Virus record (IMG/VR): IMGVR_UViG_3300017780_009425
Coordinates: 1 to 26,782 of that record
Length of the DNA: 26,782 nucleotides
Reading direction: 5' to 3' (one strand)
From: a virus
Lineage: Duplodnaviria > Caudoviricetes
The first letter of the stretch is position 1. Each line of letters begins with the position of its first letter. The position numbers and the translations under genes were made by a program. Positions 16,437-23,632 of the stretch are shown here, piece after piece. The notes beneath the pieces were generated by a model. The model had not been told where the DNA came from, searched no databases, and worked only from the letters and a program-made list of their open reading frames with translations.

Positions 16437-17972
16437 ATGAATTTTCAATTTACAACTACATTTGCAAATCTTAAAATAAAACCTCTAGTAAGTGAAGAAA
16501 AAGATAAATATCTTTCTTTAGCTTCAATTAATAATTTAAGAAAATTCCTTCCAGAAATTGATACAGAAAAAAATATAGATTTGCTTCCTATTGCTTTTGA
16601 TGCTTGCGTTATCAATAGAGTAAATAAAAATGGTGATGTTGTTAATTCATTAACAGCAGCAGAGATAGTTAAAAATTTTATTAATAAACCAATTAATGTA
16701 GAGCATGATAGAACAAAAGTAGTTGGTTGTATATTAGCTGCTAATTTTAGTAAATTTGGCAGTAATGATATCCTCACTGAAGATGAAGTCAAAGAGATGA
16801 AAGAGCCATTTTATATTACTCTTGGTGGAGTAATTTGGAAGATTATAAATCCTCAATTATCAAATCTTATTGAAGATAGTAATGATCCATCTAGCGAAAA
16901 CTACATGAATGTTAGTGCTAGTTGGGAACTTGGATTTAATGAATATGATTTAGTTCTTCTTAATGACAATAATAAAAATCTAGAAGATGCCAAATTCATA
17001 TCTGACGAAAAACAAAAAGATAAGTTAAAGAAAAATTTAAAAGCTTTTGGTGGTTCTGGTAAAATAGATAAAAATACATCTATTTATCGTCAAGTCTTAG
17101 GAAGTGTTATTCCACTAGGTATAGGATTAACAGCTAATCCAGCTGCTGATGTACAAGGAGTAGCTGTTAAAGATGAACAAGCTTTAGAAGTTGAAAATTC
17201 TAAACCAGAGAAAAATGACCAAATGTCAGATTCCTCTGATATTAATTGTGAAAATAATATTTCACAAGATGAAGAAAACGCTGTAATTGAAGAAGGAGTT
17301 ATAAATAGAATAATTATGAAAATAGAAAATATTAATCAAATAACAGATGAGCTTTTGAAGCAAGTAACTGCTTCTAGCATTTCCGATTTTATTCAAGAGG
17401 AACTTAAAAAAGCCTCAGAAGCTTTCACAGCTGAAAAGAATGAAAAAGATAACGCTATTAAAGCTACTCAAGAAAAATACGATGCACTATCTACCGAAAG
17501 TGAAAAAGTAAAAGAAGAGCTAGAAAAACTAAAAGCTTCTCTTGCTAAACTTGAAGAAGAAAAAGTTGCTAAAGCTCAAGAAGAAGCCTTTAATCTAAGA
17601 ATGGCTGGCTTTGACGAAGAATTTGATCTTTCTGATGAAGATCGCCAAGTTCTCGCAACTGATATCAAAGATTTAAACGATGAATCTTTTGCTGCTTATA
17701 AAAATAAAATGGCAATTCTCATGAAAGAGAAAAATAAAGCTGCCAAAAAAGCAAAAGAAGAAGAAATGAAAAAAAGTAAAGCTTCCGAAGTCAAAGAAGA
17801 AATTAAAGCTTCAACATCTTCAGAACAATCTGCAACCGAAGTTGTAGATGAAGTTCTCGACAATTCTAACGTTGAGAAGAATTCGATTCCAAATTCTACA
17901 ACAACCGCTGAAGTTTCGCTACGTGAAAAATATAGCAAAGCTTTCGGTCTTGAAGGATTTGATATTAAATAA
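16437..17972 (+). CDS. prohead protease fused to coiled-coil scaffold
   Basis: N-terminal NKNGD..FINKPINVEH..VVG..SASWE..GIGLTANPA pattern of HK97/herpes-fold maturation proteases; C-terminal Glu/Lys/Ala coiled coil; lies upstream of the capsid genes. Confidence 0.75.
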   Translation: MNFQFTTTFANLKIKPLVSEEKDKYLSLASINNLRKFLPEIDTEKNIDLLPIAFDACVINRVNKNGDVVNSLTAAEIVKNFINKPINVEHDRTKVVGCILAANFSKFGSNDILTEDEVKEMKEPFYITLGGVIWKIINPQLSNLIEDSNDPSSENYMNVSASWELGFNEYDLVLLNDNNKNLEDAKFISDEKQKDKLKKNLKAFGGSGKIDKNTSIYRQVLGSVIPLGIGLTANPAADVQGVAVKDEQALEVENSKPEKNDQMSDSSDINCENNISQDEENAVIEEGVINRIIMKIENINQITDELLKQVTASSISDFIQEELKKASEAFTAEKNEKDNAIKATQEKYDALSTESEKVKEELEKLKASLAKLEEEKVAKAQEEAFNLRMAGFDEEFDLSDEDRQVLATDIKDLNDESFAAYKNKMAILMKEKNKAAKKAKEEEMKKSKASEVKEEIKASTSSEQSATEVVDEVLDNSNVEKNSIPNSTTTAEVSLREKYSKAFGLEGFDIK

Positions 17973-17993
17973 TAAACAAGGAGAAAAAAGTTT

Positions 17994-18593
17994 ATGGCAT
18001 ATACACTCAGACCATTAAGAGATTACAGCGAACATGATGTAATCAATTTCTTTGCCGTTGATGCAGCCCAAGACGCTAATGGCGTTATTGCTACAGCAGG
18101 CACAGTAGTTAAAGTAACAGGAAACGGTTTCCAACCAGTATCAGACACCTCACTTGGTGGTGGAACAGGTTTCTTAGGCCAAATCCCAGTTGATTTGGGC
18201 GGAACTCTTGGGATAGCAGGACTAAGTAACGTTGTTTCTAACCGTTACGTTGTAACTGCAAAAGTAGCCCCAGCAGTTGCACAAGATGCAGCACCAATAG
18301 GAATTACCCTAATGGCAACCCAAGAGCTTGATGAAAATGGTGAAAAACTAATTTTCAAGCCTGGAAAAGCTGCCGAAAAGGGAGTAGTTGTCAGTGGTCA
18401 AGCAGTACCAGTTCTAACTAGAGGCGTTCTCGTCTATAGTGGAAGTACTTCTGACTTCCCTGCAACCGCTAACGTTGGTGCACCACTTTATGTTGCTGCT
18501 GGAAGCTTAAGCTGTACAGCAGGAGCTAAACAAGTTGGTAACTTACTAAGTAAGCCAATTAATGGTATTGCTTTAGTTAAACTTAACTTCTAA
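17994..18593 (+). CDS. head decoration/cement protein
   Basis: 199 aa, Gly/Ala/Val-rich, between scaffold and MCP; upstream AAGGAG; VPVLTRG motif. Confidence 0.6.
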   Translation: MAYTLRPLRDYSEHDVINFFAVDAAQDANGVIATAGTVVKVTGNGFQPVSDTSLGGGTGFLGQIPVDLGGTLGIAGLSNVVSNRYVVTAKVAPAVAQDAAPIGITLMATQELDENGEKLIFKPGKAAEKGVVVSGQAVPVLTRGVLVYSGSTSDFPATANVGAPLYVAAGSLSCTAGAKQVGNLLSKPINGIALVKLNF

Positions 18594-18613
18594 TTTAAGG
18601 AGAATTATAAAAA

Positions 18614-19702
18614 ATGAAAATCAAATTAAAAAATACACCAGAGCAAGTTGAGCTTGTAAAAGCTATGGGTAGTAGAGATATTACCGTAGCTCGTGAAGCC
18701 TCCGAAGCTTTTGCAGCTTTCATTGGACCAGTCGTAAGTAAGGTTCTAATGCAAGCTGGTACAGCCAGTGCAATCTATAATGATGCACCCTATGATCAAG
18801 ATGATAGTCCCAGTCTTCCTCTTGATCTCTGGAATGATCAAGGTGGACAAGATTATGTTACAGTTTGGAGTCAAAATGTAGCAGGTGGTCTTCCTTCTTC
18901 AGCAGTAGAAGGTTTTAGTGAACTAAAAATCTCTACTTATTCTTTAGACGCAGCAGTTAGCTTCCTAAAACGTTATGCCCGTCGTGGTCGTATCGATGTA
19001 GTAAGTAAAGCAGTTGAGAGAATGAGCAATGAAGTTCTCGTAAAACAAGAACGTAATGCTTGGGCAGTAATTCTAAAAGCCCTCGCAGAAGCTCGTACTC
19101 CTGGAACAGGATCTGGCGCATTGGTTACCAACGGTCATATCGTTGGTACTGATACACCTGGAGCATTTGGTCTAGCTGATCTTAATAAGCTAATGACACT
19201 AGTAAAAAGACTTAATACATCTTATGCTGGTGGTACCACATCTGATGCTTACGGTCTAACTGATATATTCGTTAGTCCAGAAGTTAAAGCTGATGTCCGT
19301 GCATTCGCTTACCAACCATTCACAAGTGCAAATCCAGGAACAAATCTTCCTGATTCAGCTCGTGAAGAAATCTATCGCAATGCTGGAGCTCAAGAACTTT
19401 ACGGAGTAACAATCCATGAACTAGTTGAATTAGGCGCAAATGCTAAATACAATGCACTATTCAACGCATTCAAAGGTAGTTACAACTTCAATTCTAATGC
19501 CGATGAACTCGCCATTGGTGTTGACTTGAGCAGAGAAGGCTTTATCCGCCCAATCGCTCGTAACTCTGATACTGGTTCAACATTCTCTGTTCTTCCAGAC
19601 GATCAATTCGCAGCTCGTAGCGAGAAAACTGGTTTCTACGGTTCTCTCGAAGAGGGTCGCGTTTGTATCGATGCTCGTACAGTAGTTGGAATCAAGATCT
19701 AA
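18614..19702 (+). CDS. major capsid protein (HK97 fold, inferred)
   Basis: 362 aa, upstream AAGGAG, distinct codon usage, DIFVSPE motif, followed by a strong terminator; canonical position after protease and decoration genes. Confidence 0.8.
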   Translation: MKIKLKNTPEQVELVKAMGSRDITVAREASEAFAAFIGPVVSKVLMQAGTASAIYNDAPYDQDDSPSLPLDLWNDQGGQDYVTVWSQNVAGGLPSSAVEGFSELKISTYSLDAAVSFLKRYARRGRIDVVSKAVERMSNEVLVKQERNAWAVILKALAEARTPGTGSGALVTNGHIVGTDTPGAFGLADLNKLMTLVKRLNTSYAGGTTSDAYGLTDIFVSPEVKADVRAFAYQPFTSANPGTNLPDSAREEIYRNAGAQELYGVTIHELVELGANAKYNALFNAFKGSYNFNSNADELAIGVDLSREGFIRPIARNSDTGSTFSVLPDDQFAARSEKTGFYGSLEEGRVCIDARTVVGIKI

Positions 19703-19721
19703 GTTAAATTAGATTAAAATT

Positions 19722-19760
19722 AAAGGCCCAGTAGGTTTATCCCTACTGGGTCTTTTTTTT
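19722..19760 (+). terminator. intrinsic terminator
   Basis: GGCCCAGTAGG-TTTATC-CCTACTGGGTC followed by T8. Confidence 0.9.
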
Positions 19761-19770
19761 GAATAAAACA

Positions 19771-19799
19771 TTAGAAATTCAGCTTGTCAGATTTATAAT
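19771..19799 (+). promoter_or_regulatory. sigma70-type promoter TTAGAA-N17-TATAAT
   Basis: Directly after the MCP terminator and upstream of AAGGAG and ATG 19824. Confidence 0.5.
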
Positions 19800-19823
19800 A
19801 TATTAAGGAGATTATTTACATTT

Positions 19824-20171
19824 ATGCCTAAGAAATCAACAAAATTAGAAGAACTTTCACAAACTCATGGAAAATTAGAAAATATTCAACACAAAACACT
19901 AGACCAAATTTGGGGAGATAATGGATCTAGCAAGTATAAAACATTAAATCTACAAGATTACTTGAATTATTTAAACGACATGAATAAAAGTGATCTACAA
20001 AGTCACGCAAAGAAAATCGGTTTAATTCCAGTAGACAATAGAGAAACATTAACTAAAAGATTAGCATCAGAATTTAAAAAATTCAATTCACTTTACAAGC
20101 TTCCAAAGAATGAAGAAAATAAAACAGAGCTAAATAAAGAAACTAAAAATATTCTATCTGAAGGTAAATAA
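19824..20171 (+). CDS. hypothetical protein with possible HeH/Rho-N-like helical motif
   Basis: LNDMNKSDLQSHAKKIGL....RETLTKRL pattern. Confidence 0.6.
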   Translation: MPKKSTKLEELSQTHGKLENIQHKTLDQIWGDNGSSKYKTLNLQDYLNYLNDMNKSDLQSHAKKIGLIPVDNRETLTKRLASEFKKFNSLYKLPKNEENKTELNKETKNILSEGK

Positions 20172-20195
20172 ATAAATAAAAAATATTAAATTGTA

Positions 20196-20202
20196 GTGTA
20201 AT
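20196..20202 (+). promoter_or_regulatory. GTGTAAT motif
   Basis: Intergenic; GTGTAA ends 11 nt before GTG start 20213. Confidence 0.55.
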
Positions 20203-20212
20203 TATTAAATAA

Positions 20213-21679
20213 GTGATCAATAAAGAACTATATACTCAATTTTACGATTCGGCAACTAATTCTTTTGTAGAACAAGAATTAACTGGAATCTTCTTCCAAT
20301 TTACTACTGGTAATTTTAATTCAACCGTTCTTGGCGATAGAACTTTTTTTAGTGGTTTGAGAATACCAATATTTAAGACTGATAGAATTATTACTTATCC
20401 AATTATTGTAGGAAATTCTCAAACTGTTGATGGTCCAGCAATTAATATTGGAAGTTATAATTTAACTTGGAGTCCAAGTATTATAAGAAAATATGCCTGG
20501 GGTCCAGAAATAGCATTAGGAAGCTCTAACCTTCTTCTTTCTGGAGTAGGTAATATGGCTATTGGGCATTTTAACGATTTTAATCGCACGCAAAGAATGC
20601 ATATGCTGGGCACGTATAACTATGCAACTCAGAGTATTTACTCTTCTGTGATAGGAACTTATAATCAATTATCTGGATTTTCTGAGTCAACTGTTTTAGG
20701 AAAAAATAATTATTTATACGCAAAAAATGATGTAGAAGGACTTTTATCTGCTCCAGGAGTCTCACCTAGTACTTTTAGTGGATATGAGAATTATAAAGTT
20801 GCTGTTATTGGGGATAATAATAGTTTATTTGAAGGTGCAGGCGAAGTAACTTTACTTGGTAATTATAATCAATTTACTCAAAGTTCTGGAATCTCCTGCT
20901 ACGGAAATGCAAATAACTTTTTTGAAACATATGGTGGAAATACTTATGTAATTGGTTTTAGCAACGACATCAATAAAAGCTTCAATATTTATTCGATAGG
21001 AGACAGTAATATTTTTGAATCTGCTAATTCTGATACTGTAATAGGCAAAGTAAACTATAACACAGGCAGTTACATGAACTATGTATTTGGAGGAACAAAT
21101 AACTTAAAAAATTCTTCAAATAATATAATATATGGCAACTCAAATACAATTTTAAGTTCAAATAACTCCGTATTTGGTAGTATTAATACTTTAAGTTCAG
21201 GCGACGAAAATACCATTTTCGGTAATAACAATGTTGTATCTGGTGCAAATAATAATTTTATATTTGGCGATGGAAATTCTTCAGACGGCTCTCTTAAGTC
21301 AGAATTATCTAATAATCATGCATATTTAACAAATCTTCTAGATTTTTCTGCTGGAAATTCTAATTATTACGCAGGAAATCTTATTAGAGGAACTAATAAT
21401 TATAATACAGTCGCTTTAGGTATAAGTAATAAATTAGCTGGTAATAGTGAATCTTTGTTGATCGGGAGAGATAATGAATTTATTTTAAATAATAAATCTT
21501 TTGTTTTTGGTTATAATAATAGAATAACAGGTTCAAAAGATTCAATATTTGTAGGATTTAATTTTATAAGTGGTACATCTGCCCAAGGCATAAGCGGAGT
21601 TGGTATAAAAATAAGCCCTAGTGGAATAGATCTATACGGAACATTTAGAGTTAATGGCGTTAGAATGAATGTTCCTTAA
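20213..21679 (+). CDS. Asn/Gly-rich beta-solenoid fibre/adhesin
   Basis: Repeated (I/F/L)GxxN units at about 14-aa spacing; only one Cys. Confidence 0.65.
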   Translation: MINKELYTQFYDSATNSFVEQELTGIFFQFTTGNFNSTVLGDRTFFSGLRIPIFKTDRIITYPIIVGNSQTVDGPAINIGSYNLTWSPSIIRKYAWGPEIALGSSNLLLSGVGNMAIGHFNDFNRTQRMHMLGTYNYATQSIYSSVIGTYNQLSGFSESTVLGKNNYLYAKNDVEGLLSAPGVSPSTFSGYENYKVAVIGDNNSLFEGAGEVTLLGNYNQFTQSSGISCYGNANNFFETYGGNTYVIGFSNDINKSFNIYSIGDSNIFESANSDTVIGKVNYNTGSYMNYVFGGTNNLKNSSNNIIYGNSNTILSSNNSVFGSINTLSSGDENTIFGNNNVVSGANNNFIFGDGNSSDGSLKSELSNNHAYLTNLLDFSAGNSNYYAGNLIRGTNNYNTVALGISNKLAGNSESLLIGRDNEFILNNKSFVFGYNNRITGSKDSIFVGFNFISGTSAQGISGVGIKISPSGIDLYGTFRVNGVRMNVP

Positions 21680-21707
21680 ATTATTAATTTTTAATTATTT
21701 TTAATTG

Positions 21708-21714
21708 GTGTAAT
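21708..21714 (+). promoter_or_regulatory. GTGTAAT motif
   Basis: Intergenic; GTGTAA ends 8 nt before ATG 21722. Confidence 0.6.
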
Positions 21715-21721
21715 TTATTAT

Positions 21722-22123
21722 ATGGCTACTTCATATAATATAAACGCAATTCAAGGTGATAACTTACAAATAACTCTTTCAGTAAAAGATCAATACAGTA
21801 CTTCAATTAATTTAAGTGGATATGACGTAAGGGGTGCAGTAAAATATGCTTATTTTGGATCTCCTCCAGCTTTAGATACATATGGAAATTATATTTCTGG
21901 AGTATTATTAAATCTTAATCCAAGTATTTATACTGGAAATAATGGTTCTTACTACGCATCTGGACTAATAAATATAAATGTTCCTTCTTATAGTATGCAA
22001 TATATTCCAGTAGGCTCATTTGTTTATGATATAGAAAGATTTCCTTATGGAATACCAACTGGTAATTCTATAAAATTACTTAGGGGTAAATTTATTGTTA
22101 GTCCAGAAGTTACAACATTTTAA
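21722..22123 (+). CDS. BppU-N-like baseplate/fibre adaptor protein
   Basis: QGD..INLSGY..YDIE..LLRGKFIVSPEVT pattern common in phage fibre-attachment beta-sandwich proteins. Confidence 0.6.
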   Translation: MATSYNINAIQGDNLQITLSVKDQYSTSINLSGYDVRGAVKYAYFGSPPALDTYGNYISGVLLNLNPSIYTGNNGSYYASGLININVPSYSMQYIPVGSFVYDIERFPYGIPTGNSIKLLRGKFIVSPEVTTF

Positions 22124-22126
22124 TTT

Positions 22127-22807
22127 ATGGAAGAAATTAATGTTGAGGTTATTGTTTCAAATGGAACAAATGTTGAAGTTAGCTCTCCATCAACATCTGT
22201 AAATGCTATTGTAAATCTGCCAGCTCCATTAGAATCTACTACAGACTCTCCATCAATAGATTATCATTCTCATGTTATACTTCCTGGTCCACAAGGGCCA
22301 CAAGGAGCACAAGGACTAGTTGGGCCACAAGGAGCACAAGGTAACATAAGTGAAATTAATAATTTAAATGCTCAACTTATTTATTTAACTGGTCAAGATG
22401 GTGTCAATATAGTTACTAATAATTATAATACAATTTTTATATCTGGTAATAGTGGATATTTTCAATCTCTTGTAAGCGCAACAAATAATAATTTAAATAT
22501 AACTGGTTCAGTCCTTGATACTAAAATAAATTCTCAGAATATTATATTAAGTGGTTATTTTGAAACAGAAAACGTAATTGGATACAAAGCGAATCTAACC
22601 CCAGCAGGATATGACAACTATTATATTGCATTTCCTCAAGCGCTATCTTCTGTTCCAAAATCTGTAGTTTGTACTTTTCAAAATACAATAGATAATATTG
22701 CTTACTATTTTACGGTTGGATCAATAACTAACGCTGGTTTTGATATAAATTTTAGTGACATTTTGTTAAATAATGGATATTACCTAAATATTCAGATTAA
22801 AAAATAA
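22127..22807 (+). CDS. short fibre protein with collagen-like segment
   Basis: GPQGPQGAQGLVGPQGAQG at 22286-22342; LTGQDG and GNSGYFQ motifs; C-terminal IAFPQALSSVP domain. Confidence 0.7.
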   Translation: MEEINVEVIVSNGTNVEVSSPSTSVNAIVNLPAPLESTTDSPSIDYHSHVILPGPQGPQGAQGLVGPQGAQGNISEINNLNAQLIYLTGQDGVNIVTNNYNTIFISGNSGYFQSLVSATNNNLNITGSVLDTKINSQNIILSGYFETENVIGYKANLTPAGYDNYYIAFPQALSSVPKSVVCTFQNTIDNIAYYFTVGSITNAGFDINFSDILLNNGYYLNIQIKK

Positions 22808-22813
22808 AAATAT

Positions 22814-22820
22814 GTGTAAT
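22814..22820 (+). promoter_or_regulatory. GTGTAAT motif
   Basis: Intergenic; GTGTAA ends 23 nt before ATG 22843; the leader has AAGGA. Confidence 0.6.
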
Positions 22821-22842
22821 ACTATAAAAGGAAACAAAAATT

Positions 22843-23523
22843 ATGATTAGCGCTTTTAAACATATTCGTCTTAGTGGATATAATTTAACACCAGTTCAGG
22901 ACGGAAACCAACTTAGACTTGGTTTTGGAAATAGCGGTTTAGCTTATTATAGTGAACTTACTGGAATTAGTGGCTATTTGATGTCACAAATTAATTCTGC
23001 AAATGCAGATGTTAGCAAATTAAATAATTTACAAGGTGACCTTTATATTACTGGCCAAGATGGAATAAAAATAGAAGTAAACGCTGGTCTTGGAGAAATT
23101 AAAATAGTAGGTAACAGTGGATATTTTCAAGCTCTAACAGATAGTCTCTCTGCTCGTTTAAATCAAAGTGGCACATTTTACATTGATACTTTTGCTACTA
23201 AAACTAATTTATTTGAAACTGGCAAAGCCCTTTCTGAGTATAATACAGCTTACAGTGGTTGGGCAAATGCACAATTTGTTGCCAAATCTAGCAACCAAGT
23301 ATTTAGAAGGACATTAGCTCCTGGATTAGACTCATATGCAATTATATATCCAGTTCCTTTTGTAGGCACTCCAAAGGTTCAAGCAACATTAGAAGTCCCA
23401 GGCGAAGTTATGTATAATCTTAGCGTTAGATCTGTTGACCAAAATGGATATACTGGTGTTCTTTCTGATAATATTGCAGAATCTCCTGTATACATTCACA
23501 CTTTTGCTTCCACACAAAATTAA
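22843..23523 (+). CDS. short fibre protein, paralogue of 22127..22807
   Basis: Shares NNL..LY(L/I)TGQDG..GNSGYFQ.L and a similar C-terminal IYPVPFVGTP domain. Confidence 0.7.
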   Translation: MISAFKHIRLSGYNLTPVQDGNQLRLGFGNSGLAYYSELTGISGYLMSQINSANADVSKLNNLQGDLYITGQDGIKIEVNAGLGEIKIVGNSGYFQALTDSLSARLNQSGTFYIDTFATKTNLFETGKALSEYNTAYSGWANAQFVAKSSNQVFRRTLAPGLDSYAIIYPVPFVGTPKVQATLEVPGEVMYNLSVRSVDQNGYTGVLSDNIAESPVYIHTFASTQN

Positions 23524-23524
23524 A

Positions 23525-23543
23525 CTAGTGTAATATTCACTAG
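23525..23543 (+). promoter_or_regulatory. GTGTAAT motif embedded in an inverted repeat
   Basis: CTAGTG-TAATATT-CACTAG; GTGTAAT at 23528-23534. Confidence 0.6.
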
Positions 23544-23574
23544 AATAATAGAATTAATAATTCTTTTACTCTTT

Positions 23575-23614
23575 AGTTCGCCATAAAAAGCGACAGTTTG
23601 GCCTAAAAACCAAC
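23575..23614 (+). promoter_or_regulatory. tandem 20-nt hairpin pair in the 5' leader
   Basis: AGTTCGCCATAAAAAGCGAC followed by AGTTTGGCCTAAAAACCAAC, with compensatory changes. Confidence 0.6.
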
Positions 23615-23632
23615 AAAAGGAATAAAAAGAAA

